Below are positions 26,875 through 45,689 of a stretch of DNA of 64,000 nucleotides, piece after piece. Location: the NCBI RefSeq assembly GCF_009914755.1, contig NC_060934.1; one strand, 5' to 3'. This stretch comes from the human T2T-CHM13v2.0 reference genome, Homo sapiens. The notes below the pieces were generated by a model. It ran no database searches. It worked only from the letters and a program-made list of their open reading frames with translations, and was not told where the DNA came from. Made by a program: the position numbers and the translations under genes. The first letter of the stretch is position 1; every line of letters starts with the position of its first letter.

Positions 26875-29100
26875 GTAAGCTTCCCCAATTTTCCTTCATT
26901 CTGCAACACCGATTTCTGTCAAACCTTGTCAAATTGGCAACTATCATCCTCACACTGGCAACATCTATTCACACTTACCGTTTTTTTCTTTATTAAACAT
27001 TCTAGTTAGTTCTCTGAGCTTGAAACCTAAAGTGGTGATAAAAGAAAATGAAAGGCAGTTGTCTCTTAAAAATAGATCCCTTTAAGAGTTCAATATGTAG
27101 ATACCAGATTAATCAATGGGTTTGTAGTATCCGATTCTAGTTAAGTTGTCCTTGGGAAATATGCTTAATGCATAATCTATAATAGATTATTTTCAAAAAT
27201 GTAAAATGTAGATGTTAATATTTATCACGTGAGTATTTTTGTGAAGATTTTATTAGATAATTCTTGCAACGTGCTTACTATAATATTATCATTAACATTA
27301 CTTCTTAGAATTAATACCTTGTAAGTTTTGTTTTGAGGATTCAATAATGTAATATGTGTCCCCTCAGTACATTGTAGGAACTCAACATATATGAGTTTAC
27401 CCCCCTTTCTTGAAAAAAACAGAAAAAAAAAACCCTAGAAAATCTGACTTTGTGATTTCAGAGAGAGACAGATGTGGTAGTGGGGAGAAAGGGAAGTATT
27501 TTTGAATCTTCACATAGTTTCAAACCATTCTTCTTATACAAGAGTAGCTATTTCACCTTTCTGGATCTGCATTTTTAATTGATTTTCCCTTCTAATTTTT
27601 ATGTATTTTTGTGTCTTGCTTATATGCAAAGTGGCAAAGCTTATATGCAAAGTTGCTTATATGCTGATAATTTTTTTATTCCTATTCAAGAGGAGTTTGT
27701 TAAATATTTAAAGATCAGTTAACGATAAATTTATAATTTATTTTTTAAAATTTATTAGACTCATTTATCTCCATTCTAGTTTAAATATCTGGAAATTCAT
27801 GTGCACATACAAGCCACAAATACTAAACCCTTTCCCTGTATAGTTGCATTTACCTGTATATTCTACATGTGCTCTTTCAAATCTTTTTGCCCTGGGGAAT
27901 ATTTTCTGTTATTTTCTGATCAAAGAGACTTTCTTCTGTGTTATCTTTTTGCAAAAAAATCAGAAATTTCTCCTATCAAGGCCTGAAGATTTCTTTTATT
28001 ATAAGACATAGCAAAGGTAGAAGATATGTATTATTCCTGTGTTACAAGATATGACTTTGATTTCCTAGATAAAAACACACATCTCAGCTCAGCCAGGAGT
28101 CAGTCAAAGTTAGTTGCTCTGATTTTGGGCTACTCTTATTATTAAAAGAGCTGAGGGTAACATTTTCCATGAATGCAGGATAGAGAGGGCCTGGGAAAAA
28201 ACATCCATGGTGGATCCAAAAATCCTGCTGGTAAAGGGCAGATTTCATTGATTTCAAAGGTTGCAGTCTGTACCTATTGTCATCAACGAAGCAGCTTTTT
28301 CATTCTGAACTTTCAATCAACTGAGCAGCAAGCAGCAAACTGGAACAAATTTCCCATCTAGATACTGCTCCTTTTTCTGCCTTATCATGCACTCTACTTA
28401 GGCAGGTTGCTAATCAGGTAGTTTTGTGACTGTAAGTTCAAAATGATTGGAGAAAATGACAGCTATTCATCGAATCCAAAACAGGATGTAAAAATAGCTT
28501 CCCCCAGTTTTTAAATTGCAAAATAAAATTTGCTACTAAGAAGAGTGGCAATTTCTGGCTTTAAGATGTAAAAATAATTGAGACTTCTCTATTTCCTCAA
28601 GAGGTAGCCTGTAGTTTTGGAGTGCTAGTTGTGGTTGCAACTCTAATAGAAAGGAAAATAATGTAAACATATAATATAATGCAAAAATGCCTTGGGAAAG
28701 TGCTTACCTGCATTTAGTCTAATCATTGTTATGTTATACAATACACTTAAATGTAGAGTACAGTACAAGGATGTAACAGATACCCCATTGTGAGTCCTGA
28801 GAATTACTGTGAGTTTACCTTAAAATATATGTTTTTGTTTTGAAAACAAAAAAGTTATTTGAGGAGCACTAAAATAGTCTCTCTACAGCTTTTGTTATTC
28901 TGAAACATGAAATTGTTTGTTTAGCTTAAGTAAAGTTGAGTTCTTTTGATAGTTTAAAAAACAAACAAGAATCATCACAAACCAGCCAAAACACTATTTC
29001 TGGAAAACCGTAGCTGAAATATCTATCTTACTAAATGATTTTTTGGATATGTTCTTTCATATGTGATCTCATCTATATAAGAAGATTAGTCTATGGTTAC

Positions 29101-29283
29101 CTTTGAAGATAGAAAATGTGTTGCTTTTCTGAGTATTTATTTTGAGTAATGGATTCCCCCATGTACTGGAGTACTGTGTGCTGAATGAATTCTTGATGTT
29201 GTAGAAGATGCAATAACTTCACCTTCTTCCAGCATCTGCAGTAGCTCCCTTGGTTTTACTAAGGTCTTGAATGCAAAATGGTC
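29101..29283 (-). ncRNA. Candidate non-coding exon (unverified)
   Basis: Minus strand acceptor GACTGTTTTCCACAG| and donor AAG|GTAACC; stops in all three frames. Confidence 0.2.
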
Positions 29284-29603
29284 CTGTGGAAAACAGTCTT
29301 CTGAGACCTAGATGAAGGGTAGCGTTTGTCCAAGAGTTTAAAGGTTTGAACTTTAGAAAAATAGGGAAAAATGAGATGATGAATTTTTAACTGCAGATCA
29401 TGGACCAATGTCATTATACTGAAATTACTTATTGTGACATCTACAAAATGAGTGACCAATTAATCTTATTCTTAATCATTTTAATACTTAGATCCTTTTG
29501 ATAAGCTGACCCATTTTATAACTTTGTTTAATATGATTTGAAATTTTAAAAAAATGAATAGAATATCTAAGACTCGATCAGAAAATGAAATAATAAGTAC
29601 TAG

Positions 29604-29846
<243 letters not shown>

Positions 29847-32800
29847 TGATGCATGCATCATACAATTACAAGTGAAGAGAAAATCAATATCTGACCTATA
29901 ACTGTCTTGACCATTAAAAAAATATAATTCCGTGTAACAGATACATCATGTTTTATGAAACCTACTATTTAATTAATGCTTTGATTTGTATTGTGTATAT
30001 AGTTATATAAAATTTCACAACAGAACCGGATGAAGACATAAAACTACACAATTCCACCTTTGAAATATGTAGAATTGGTTTTAATTAACAAAAAGTGAGA
30101 TCCAAGATTGTTAGAGTAAGAAATCTCTTTAAATATTAAAGGAAGTGAAAAGAAAAGAAATCCCATACTTGAAAGATAGGGACTTAATATAAAGTGCATT
30201 AAAAAATAAGATCAGTAAGACAAGGAATGATGAAAGAGTTGAATACGGTAATGAGTAAAGCAGAGTCTACTGACTGTGGCCTACATCAGACCATAGGCCC
30301 ATCTGGCCTCATCCATACTAACTTCACATCTGAGAAAACCAACCTTCTCTTCCCATTCATTCTTATTTTAAGATTAAATGATGCATAAAAGATGACACTC
30401 TGTAAAACCACATTCCTACAGAGTCACATACAGTTTTACTGGCTATACAATATTATCTGTCAGGTTTCAATTGTACAATAAAATACTCAGATAAATTTTG
30501 GATTATAAGGATACTTAGACCAAAACGAAGTAGGGCTTGAGAAACAGCTCCAAAGATAATTATTAATGTTCTTTCCCTAAAGCTGAAGATTTTTGAGTAA
30601 ATTTTAGAACCTACAGCATTGGAAAGCACATTAAAGGCTCTATGACTTAGAAATCTTCATGTCCTTCCTGAATGAGACCACTCTTCATCTCTACACAGTT
30701 TAATCAGCAATAAAGGGTGGGAGATTGAGAGATTTTGACCACTTATCTCTATTGACTGGAAATGCCAGTATCCCTCTAACATCACACTCTGATGCTCCTT
30801 TGCATTCCCTCCCTCAATAGAGGTTGGAAGGCATCATCCAGTCTCCTTTCTTATCACTTAACCAGTCTCTAACACAAGATTGAGTAATAAAGGTCCCCTC
30901 TTACACCATCCTCTCATTTTACAAATAAGTAGCTAAGAACCGAAGTGGTTACTTCACATTCATCTAGCTAGAGCTAAGGCCAGGATTAAAGCCCAGTTCA
31001 GTTAATTTCATTTCCATGTCAAGTTGCCTCAAGCAAGTAAGTAATCAGGCAATGCATTATGCACAGAACTCATTAATAGCAATTTTGAGTATTGTCTGAA
31101 CACCATCAAACTATTATGAGGATTTCTTCTCAATAGCCATTCAGGATTTTATAACATTAAGAAATTTACTCTGTAATTAAAGCCATAAAAAGCATGCATT
31201 TATGACTTTAACAGGTCGTTAAAATACACATAAGTACCACTCTTAGAAAATGCTGAGTCTTAGAGAGATTTTCTGGGAGTCATGTATTTTTCTAAAGCAA
31301 ATTTAAAATTTTGCACTTTGCCAATCTTTACTGCATACTTCACTGCACAGGCAGAAGGCAATCTTTACACTGTCAGATTCCTAACACAAATAAAAGTTAT
31401 TTGCTTTATTTTTTTCATGGCATTTCCTTTTATCTGAAATTATCTTTTCTGTTTGTTCCACCTTGCAAGAATGGAAGCTTCATAAGGGCAGAAATAGCGT
31501 TTGCTTTTTTCAAAGAAGTAACCGTTATAAATGAATGATCCAATAAATTAATGCATAACATAAATGAGGAAAGGGGAACTTAGCCATACAATTTCCTATT
31601 AAAATTTTTAAAGCTTTTGCAAGATTTTGGATTGTCTTCATAGGCAAAATAGAGGGTTCGGTAGTAACTAGTGTCTGCTTACCCTTCTCTGCAAGGGAAA
31701 CCTTCAGAAAACTACTCAGAGCTTCTCCTCAGTATATGAATTTGGGAAATCGACATACCTTAACTCTCCCTGAGCTTCAGACCTAAAAAACTTGGCATAT
31801 TTTCTAAATCCACAACAGGATTATTACATGAATGTCTGTTTCCCTTGCATTCTGTTCTATTATTCCCACTTTCCTCCCCTTGAGGTCACCAACCATAGCC
31901 AGTTTTGGACTTGGCCACCATTTTGCATCTGGCCAGTGCTGGCTGCCCAGGAAACACAAAATGATTTCAAAATTATCTGAATAAAAAACGTTCTGTAACC
32001 TTCCAGCTTTCTCTCCTTCCAAATTATAAGAAATTATTCTGGGATTAGCCCGTTCTTATTTGGACAAAGCTAGAAATCTCTTTTTTTTTATGTACAGATC
32101 TGCAAATTAGAATCTGAGAAGATTTTGTTTACAATGGTTTGTAAGTCACCAAACCAGACAGTCCTCCTAAAGAACTAAATGGAAATCTAGATGTTTTGTG
32201 AAACTCTAGTGGTTTCTTTGTTTGCTTGTTTGTTTCCACTTCTGGCACCAAATCATCCTATATAACAAATGTGAGAGCTTTGAGATTGTTCATTCCTACA
32301 TTGTAGGTCAATTCAGGCACCAGTCATTTCACCAGTCTCATTATCATTGTTATTCTTGTTACCATATACTTTATTCTTCAGTGTTCATTATCCTACTGCA
32401 CATCAGGCTTCAATTCTTTTTCATTTACCTACTCACTTAAAACGTTAGTTTCTGTTATAATACAGCTTATGCACTTTGCTAAACCCTGGGGATTCTGTAA
32501 TGAAGAAAATTTGGAGCGATGCTCAAGGAGTTCACAATCCAGTAGAAAATAGATTTAAGGAAACATAACTGTGATATATTGTGAGGTGGTGCCATGATAG
32601 GTGAAACAAAGGGTACGTAGGAAGACATCTCCATCGCATATATCCCTTACGTCTTTAATTCCTTGACAGAATGTATGTGCCACACCTGTACCTGCTGACA
32701 CTTGCCTCACACAGAGTCTTGGCTTCTCTTTCACTCCCACACTCATTACTGTCTCTCCCTTTCCACTTTTATCATCAGCTAGGGTGGCCAGGCTAACATT

Positions 32801-32878
32801 TAACATGTTTCTCATTCCTCTGACTTTCCAATCATTTTCTCCACATCCTTGTTGAGACTCATGCCATTTTCTGGTACC

Positions 32879-33012
32879 TAAGGGTGGCCATTATGTCCTG
32901 GTTTTCCTGGGGCAGTCCCAGTTTACATCTAACGTCCTGGACCCTATCAGATTTAACATTTATTCAGTGCACATATCTCAGTTTGGATGATAAAATATAA
33001 GCTCATTTATCT
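32879..33012. mobile_element. MER94-like (hAT-Blackjack) MITE
   Basis: AGGGTGGCCATTATGTCCTGGTTTTCCTGGGGCAGTCCCAGTTTAC...CAGTTTGGATGATAAAATATA. Confidence 0.65.
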
Positions 33013-33988
33013 ATATTTCTCTCTGTTCTATCACATTTATGACAGTTCTTCCCTTATAGCTTTGGCACCTAGTTCTCAATATTCTGCTTCAGATCAATCT
33101 CAGCCTTGGATGACTTGAGTTCAGGATAGACATTTTTAAAACCACAACCTCAAAGCTGTTTGTCTATTTTAACTTAAATATGTTTACTGACTCTCTACAT
33201 TCATGGCCCAGACCTATCCCTATGGTTAAACCCTGGAACTCCTAATCTCTTCAAAATCTGTTGCCCTTTTGACATCATAAATGCTAACCACCTACTCTCT
33301 AATCACAATTCCTTACTATTCCCATTATCTTACGCTACTATGTCATCATGCCTCTTTTCTTTACTAATTTATTATGAATTATCAATTTATTTTTCTCTTA
33401 ACAGTCCCTACTTCTCAGAAAGTATCCTGATTTTCAGGTTTAAGCAATCTGTAACTATGTTCTTACTGTGCAAACCCACAAATATTGATGCTGTCCCTGA
33501 GGTCTGCATCCAGTCCTTTCTTCATTCCTAGCTTATAGGTGTGGGTCTTTTGGAAAAAATTGTGATAACTAATTTCAACTTTCCACCCTTACTCATAAAA
33601 TCATTTTCTTTCACAGTTGTCTATATTCTCTAGAAAAAGATGCTGAGATACCATACTTGATGCCCCCAAAATTCTTCAAACTGTCATTTTGATGCCCAAC
33701 TACTATATCCCAAAAATTTACTCCATCATTCTGCTTTTCATATAGAAAATCCCTCCTCTGCTGTAAATTTTTTCTCAGTTAAATAAAAAATGCATATGTC
33801 TCTCTGAACCATAAGAATTATAATAAATATATAATTTTTCCTTATCCACAGAATATATAATAATGTATATATTATATATAATAATGTATACAATAATTAT
33901 ATGTAATGCATATATTTTATATATAGTTATATATATAAAAGACTCTACCTAAACAGTCAGCATTAGCTTTTAATCTGTTCAAAGGCCA

Positions 33989-35093
33989 TGTTATGGTCTG
34001 AATGTTTGTGTCCCCTAAAAATTTATGTGTTGAAATCCTAATCCCCAATGTGGCTTATCTATCGTATTAAGAAATGGGGTCCTTCGTAGGGGATTAGTTC
34101 CTGAGGGCAGAGAATGGAATTAATGTCCTTATTAAAGAGGTCCTATATATAACTGCCTCAATTTCAGAACTCGTTGTTGGTCTATTCAGGGATTCAATTT
34201 CTTCATGGTAAAGTCTTAGGAGGGTGTATGTGTTCAAGAATTTATCTGTCTTCTAGATTTTCTAGTTTATGTGCATAGAGATGTTCGTAATATTCTCTGA
34301 CGGTTGCTTGTATTTTTGTGGGGTCAGTGGTAATATCTGCATTGCTGTTTCTGATTGTGCTTATTTGAATTTTCTGTCTTTTCTTTATTAGTCTATTTAT
34401 TTTTTTTTTCAAAAAAAATATCCTGGATTAGTTGATTTTTGATTTTTTGTGTGTGTTTCTGCCTCCTTCAGTTCAGTTTTAATTTTGGTTATTTCTTATC
34501 TTCTGTTAGCTTTGGCATTTGCTTGCACTTGGTCCTCTGGTTCTTTTAGTTGTGATGTTAGTTGTTAACTTGAGATCTCTCTAACTTTTTGATGTGGTTA
34601 TTTAGTGCTATAAATTTCCCTCTTAACACTACCTTAGCTGTGTCCCAGAGATTATGGTACATTGTAACTTTGTTCTCATTAGTTTCAAACAACACATACT
34701 GGGGCCTTTAGGAGGGTGGAGGTTGGGAGGAGGGACAGGATGAGGAAAAATAATTAATGGATACTACACTTAATACCTGGGTGATGAAATAATCTGCACA
34801 ACAAATCCCCATGACACAAGTTTCGCTATGTAACAAACTTGCACTTGTACCCATGAACTTAAAAGTTAAAAAAAAAAGAGATCCTAGGTTTGTTTGCTGA
34901 TTCCATCATGTTAAGGTACAGTAAGAAGGCATTGTCTATAAAAGACTCAGGCCCTCACCAGACGCTGAACCCAGCAGCACCTTGACCTTGGACTTCCCAG
35001 CCTCCAGATCTATGAACAATAAATTTCTGTTGTTTACAGAGATAAGCTACCTAGTTTATGGTGTTTGTTATAACAGCCAAATAGAATAAGACA
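33989..35093 (+). mobile_element. MLT1A0-like solo LTR split by an L1 insertion (LTR parts 33989-34145 and 34875-35093)
   Basis: TGTTATGGTCTGAATGTTTGTGTCCCC start; GGACTTCCCAGCCTCCAG...AATAAATTTCTGTTG...GAATAAGACA end. Confidence 0.85.
34146..34874. mobile_element. 5'-inverted (twin-primed) L1PA: antisense ORF2 piece 34146-~34690 plus sense 3' UTR/poly-A ~34691-34874
   Basis: TSD AAAGAGGTCCTA / AAAGAGATCCTA (34134-34145 / 34875-34886); orientation switch at ~34690. Confidence 0.85.
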
Positions 35094-37744
35094 AGATACT
35101 TTTCAGTCTTCATCTTGCTTGAACTCTTTTCAGTCACAAAAATGTTTCCTCCCCATTCAATCTCTCTTTGTGATCTTGAATTTATAATGTTAACAGTGCA
35201 TACTGATGGTTTATACATCCAGTTCATACCTTGTTTGCTTTTCTTACTCAATCTTGAGAGGAAGAAGTATGTCCCCAATAGAGTTTGCATTCACTTTTAT
35301 ATTATATCGTTTTATCTCTAGGCTAATTGTTATTAATGTAAATTAAAATCAATCTGTTGGCATGTAAAATGCCTCAAGTTGCCTCTCATGTTTCCTAAGC
35401 ATTTGAAGACTTCAATACACCTAAGAATTGGAGTATTGAATTAAGAAAGAGAAAGAGAAAAATTTCTCCAAATGCACATAAGTTACATTTGACTTTCTTC
35501 AGAATTAAATGTTAATATATCTATGTCTCTGAATAGATTATAATCATGTTGAGGCCAGGGCCTTTTTTTCTTTATATATTCCAAATTTTAATGTTAATGC
35601 TATTCATAAAAATAATAAAAAATTACATTTTTTAGTTATTAATTATCGAGACATTAATTATTAATGCCTTAAGAGAGATTTCATAGACAATAAGACAATA
35701 CCATTCCCCTAACTGCAAAGTTTCTTACAATTATTTTCTGCTGTCAAGAAGAGAATATAAGAAAGCAGTACTTTTCAAAGGAAAAAATCTTACTTTGTTT
35801 AAACTTGAATTTCTAGCCGGTCTGTTGCAGGTGCTCAGGAGATGAGTCCTGAATTTTAAAAAATCTTGAGTTTTTACATAAATCATAAGTCTTATTATAT
35901 GTATTTTAGATTGGCATCTTTAGACTCTTTTAATACGTGATCTTTTGAAAGAATTTCAGGAATATTCAAGATCATTTACAGTGTCACTCATCTCTAGTAA
36001 CAGATAATTTTTTTAACCAAAAGTGAAATAAAAGGTATGAAGTATGAAGAACATTTATATATATACATTTTTATATATATGTGAGTGAACATATATATGT
36101 TCACTTCTAAGTGGATACTACATATATTTATCTTTTTGTAAGTCAGAATGAACACTGAAGTCAGAGGAAAAGAAAGCAAAAAATGCTTTGTCTTAAGAAA
36201 CCTATTTTGAGAACATTTCTTTCTGTTTTAAAAAAATCAAGTTGATGAAATTCAGGGAGAAATTCAATTTTTAAATATTTTTAGACTTGAAACACCCACA
36301 TACAGCACCCTCAGACTCTTAAAATCAGAAGTAATGGAAGTGCCTTGTCATATCTGGAACTAAAATTAAAGCATTCTGTCACATCCATAGAAGTGGCAAT
36401 AAAATGAATACTGAGTAATTTAGTTTAAATGCCTATTTTACTATTTTATCTTTACCTGGGATTATGATAAATCAATATTAGTGTCATCATTAAAGTTTAT
36501 TATATTATGTCTACAGCAACAATAACCATTTCAGTGGAATATAACTTTTTAAATAGGCAGAGCTTGTACAAATGGCAATGCTAATAAAGTTACATTTCTG
36601 TATGTATTCCTAATTAAACACTGAAATAGACTCTTTGTTTTTCCCTCTGCCAATAACAATTAGGAGTATTAGATTCATCTTGTAGCATAATGAGTTAATA
36701 AATTTCAAAATGAATACAGCTTTTCAAATGTCAGAGTAATAGGGAAAGAAAATAATGTGTTTTTATGATTCTCAAACTAAATTGTTAACACTTCAAAAAT
36801 GTATGGCATTTTGCCTTCATTTGTAGATTTTCCCTGTGTACACCTAAACATTTGCCTGATGTAATTTATAGTCAGCATATTTAAAAAATACATCTTAAAA
36901 ATTACAAAATGTTTATTCTATTGGTGGTTAAATGCTGTTTTTGTATATTTGTTCTCAGTCTATGCATGAAGAAAAGGAAAAATAAATACCATATTTTAAA
37001 ACTGTTACTGAAAATTTAAATTACTACTTTATTATTTTGCTTTACAAATTTTATACAGTTTAAATCCTATTTTTACAGATTATAATATAAACTGAAGCTC
37101 AGTTAGGTAAACTCATAATCAAATAAATTAGCTAGTTTTAACACAAGTCATTCTGATCACACTAAGTGAGAAAACCGGAAAGCTTAAGTTCAAAAAACTA
37201 TTTTCCCAAATTTGATTTGTGGACCACCTCTGATATCAAAACCAGACCTTTAAAGGGTGGTTAAATGTAAAATCAAGGGTATGAAAGAAGATGGGTGCAA
37301 AATTCTCACCATTCCTTTAGTTGTTTCTTTGAAACTATTCTTGTGTGTCCTATTAGACATAAGTAATAAGCATCATATATGTACTATGAACAAAAATAGA
37401 TATGCTGTATTATCATTATATTAATATATTATTGACATATTTATTACTTTAACCATAATTTATTAAAAGCTACAATGTTTAAGCACAGTGCTAAATGCTT
37501 TACTTGGTATATATATATTCCCAGCAACAAAACTAAGAGGTTGACATTGTTAATATCTCAATTGTCCCAAATGAGAAAATTAAGTTATAGAAAAGTCAGG
37601 CCAGTTGTTCAAATTGCACAGCTAATGTACCTGTACTGGATGAATTCAGAGAAACACAAAAAGAAATTATGTTCCAGAGTTGCAAGCCTTAAACACAGTC
37701 AATAATTGATGGTTTCAAAATTAAATTGATACCTCTTATTAGCA

Positions 37745-38217
37745 ACAGACATGCACACGTATGTTTATAGTGGCACTATTCACAATAGCAAAGACTTGGA
37801 ACCAACCTAAATGTCCAACAACGATAGACTGGATTAAGAAAATGTGGTACATATATGCCATGGAATACTATGCAGCCATAAAAAATGATGAGTTCCTGTC
37901 CTTTGTAGGGACATGGATGAAACTGGAAACCATCATTCTCAGCAAACTATCACAAGGGCAAAAAACCAAACACCGCATGTTCTCACTCATAGGTGGGAAT
38001 TGAACAATGAGAACACATGGACACAGGAAGGGGAACATCACACACCAGGGACAGTTGTGTGGTGGGGGGAAGGGGGAGGGATAGCATTAGGAGATATAAC
38101 TAATGCTAAATGACGAGTTAATGGGTGCAGTACACCAACATGGCACATGTATACATGTGTAACAAACCTGCATGTTGTGCACATGTACCCTAAAACTTAA
38201 AGTATAATAAAAAAAAA
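37745..38217 (+). mobile_element. L1PA3/4-like 3' end
   Basis: ORF2 C-terminus ...[11 protein letters not shown] (37761-38003); 3' UTR with AATGCTAAATGACGAGTTAATGGGTGC; poly-A. Confidence 0.92.
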
Positions 38218-39862
38218 TTTTGGAAAAGAAATGAATAGTTGTTAATTTATAAACAAGAAATAAAAGATTGACTTTTCTTAAACTTTGACTTAAAAAAATC
38301 AAGTGCATTAAACTAAAAAGTTTTGCTCCCCCTTTTCACCACAAAAAAGTGAACATGTGAAATGTAACATTTCCCTAATAAAGTATGTTAAAATAAAAGT
38401 AGTTATTCTTGCTTATTGAATTGGAAAGCCGATAAAACTACTTGTTGGGAAAAAAATCACTACCTTTTGGTAGAGCTATTTGATAATATCCATCAAAAAA
38501 TTTTTTCTAAAGAAGCAAGCATACCTTTTAACTTTTAATTTACTAGTACAAGGGGAGACTCATACTATTTAATTAACCCACAATGGAAATAGAGGTGAGT
38601 GCAAAAATGTCTGTCTGCAAAGATTGGCATTATGGTATTGATAATAACACAAAATAAAAAAAATAATTTTTTATTGAATAGTAGCTTGTTAAAATAAATA
38701 ATATTGCATCTATTTATATTTCAGCTTAGCCATTATATAGACATGTGCAGTAATATATAAAATTTGTTTAATTAATGATGTAAAACTTAATTCACATGTT
38801 TAAATTAAATTAAACTAATAGATCAAAATAAATTTATTAACTTCCAATATCTTAAAATATTAAATGTACATATTTAATACATATGGTAAAATTTTAAAAT
38901 AAATATGCATTATACATTTACATATTGCCAGGTGTATAAATACATGTAGAATGTTCTGAACAAAGTTGTTCAAAGATTGATGATTATGTCACATGATGGC
39001 ATAATTAGAAAACTTTTTGCTTTCTTCTATTATATTTCTATTGTGTTAAATTTTCTTTAGCAAATTTGTAGCACCTTTGCAAACAGAAAGTACAAATAAA
39101 TGAAAGACAAAAATAAATTTTAAATATATTTTAATAATTTTTATGTTCTCTTTTTTTCTAATTTTCACTTTGGTATTGTGAATCCACTAAAACATGAATT
39201 AACAAATTAATTAGAAATTTCTGTAGGACAATGATAAAAATACGTCTTCATACATTTTCAATTCCTAAAATGTATCATAAAACCTACTATTGGCAATAAT
39301 AGTTTTTTACTTTATTGTAATTTAATTCATACCTGAAAGCCTGAAATGCATTCAAATTCATAGATTATTTTACATAATGATGTCTATAAGCACTCTGAAT
39401 TTTCAGCCTTTTATTTAGACAAATTTTAATCCATTAATTTACTGTATCTGACCATATAGGATTGTTTTAAAGAGAAGTTAAAAAAATTTGTCTTGTTCTT
39501 ATGTGCTAGGTCATCTTTAACTTTGTAAATGAGATATGATTATTGTACCTTTATCTTGCACAAGGACATTATATTAGTCACAACATGTTCCAACCTCAGT
39601 AATTGTCTTACTGACTTCTTGCTGTTAAAGCCTTTCTATTTTCACTATTTTTTTTTTAATTATACTTTAAGTTCCAGGGTACATGTGCACAACATGCAGG
39701 TTTGTTACATATGCATACGTGTGACATGTTGGTTTGCTGCACTCATTAACTCATCATTTACATTAGGTATTTCTCCTAAGGCTAACCCTCCCCCATCCCC
39801 CCAACGCACGACAGGCCCCGATGTGTGATGTTCTCCACCCTGTGTCCAAGTGTTCTCATTGT

Positions 39863-43805
<3,943 letters not shown>

Positions 43806-43868
43806 TATGATATTAGCTGGTTATTTTGCCCATTAGTTGATGCAGTTTTTTCCTAGCATCAATGGTCT

Positions 43869-44880
43869 TTACAATTTGGCATGTTTTTGCAGTGGCTGGT
43901 ACCAGTTGTTACTTTCCATGTTTAGTGCTTCTTTCAGGAGCTCTTGTAAGGCAGGCCTGGTGGTAACAAAAATCTCTTAGCATTCACTTTTCTGTAAAGA
44001 ATTTTATTTCTCTTTCACTTATGAAGCTTAGTTTGGCTGGATGTGAAATTCTGGGTTGAAAATTCTTTTCTTTAAGAATGTTGAATATTGGCCCCCACTC
44101 TCCTCTGGCTTGTAGAGTTTCTCTGAAGATCCGCTGTTAGTCTGATGGGCTTCCCTTTGTAGGTAACCCGACCTTTCTCTTTTACTGCCCTTAACATTTT
44201 TTCCTTCATTTCAACCTTGGTGAATCTGAGAATTACGTGTCTTGAGTTTGCTCTTCTCAAGGAGTATCTTTGTGGTGTTCTCTATATTTCCTGAATTTGA
44301 ATGTTGGCCTGCCTTGCTAGGTTGAGGAAGTTTTCCTGGATAATATCCTGAAGAGTGTTTTCCAGCTTGGTTCCATTCTCCCCATCACTTTTAGGTACAC
44401 CAAATGTAGATTTGGTCTTTTCACATAGTCCCATATTTCTTGGAGGCTTTGTTTATTTCTTTTCACTCTTTCTTCTCTAAACTTCTCTTTTCATTTCATT
44501 TCATTCATTTGATCTTCAATCACTGATACCCTTTCTTCCACTTGATCAAATCGGCTACTGAAGCTTTTGAATGAGTCATGTAGTTCTCATGCCGTGGTTT
44601 TCAGCTGCATCAAGTCATTTAATGTCTTCTATACACTGTTTATTCTAGTTAGCCATTTGTCTAATCTTTTTTCAAGGTTTTTAGCTTCCTTGAGATGGGT
44701 TCGAACATCCTCCTTTAGCTCGGAGAAGTTTATTTCCAACCTTCTGAAGCCTACTTCTGTCAACTCGTCCAAGTCAGTCCAGCTTTGTTCCATTGCTGGT
44801 GAGGAGCTGCAATCCTTTGGAGGAGAAGAGGCACTCTGGTTTTTAGAATTTTCAGCTTTTCTGCTCTGGTTTCTCCCCAT
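43869..44880 (-). pseudogene. L1 ORF1, disrupted
   Basis: MGRNQSRKAENSKNQSASSPPK start and RHVILRFTKVEMKEKMLRA segment; frameshifted. Confidence 0.9.
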
Positions 44881-45689
44881 CTTTGTGCTTTTATCTACCT
44901 TTGGTCTTTGATGATGATGACCTACAGACAGGGTTTTGGTGTGGATGTCCTTTTTGTTGATGTTGATGCTATTTCTTTCTGTTTGTTAGTTTTCCTTCTA
45001 ACAGTCAGGTCCCTCAGCTGCAGGTCTGTTGGAGTTTGCTGAAGGTCCACTCCAGACCCTGTTTGCCTGGGTATCACCAGCGGAGGCTGCAGAACAGCAA
45101 ATATTGCTTCCTAATCCTTCCTCTGGAAGCTTCATCTCAGAGGGGCACCTGGCTGTATGAGGAATCAGTCGGTCCCTACTGGGAGGTGTCTCCCAGTTAG
45201 GCTACTTGGGGGTCAAGGATCCACTTGAGGAAGCTGTCTGTCTGTTCTCAGAGCTCAAACACCATGCTAGGAGAACCACTGCTCTCTTCAGAGCTGTCAG
45301 ACAGGGATGTTTAAGTCTGCAGAAGTTTTTACTGCCTTTTGTTCAGCTATGCCCTGTCCCCAGAGGTGGAGTCTACAGAGGCAGGTGGGCCACATTGAGC
45401 TGCAGTGGACTCTACCCAGTTCGAGCTTCCAGGCCGCTCTGTTTACCTACTCTTATTTTCTCTATTTTTTGATAAAATAAATTATTCCCCTTGATTTCTA
45501 AAGAAGTGAGACACAAAAGCAAAGAGCAAGAAAGCATTTCAGATGTGATGTTTCTGCACTCAATCTAGTGGTGGGTTACTGTTTCAAACAGTTTTCTCAC
45601 CTTGCAGCTGAAAATATGGCAGTTTCATTCTTATGTACAGTGAATATCTGGATACCTAACATTGATCTAGTCCAGAGATGGTTTGGTGT

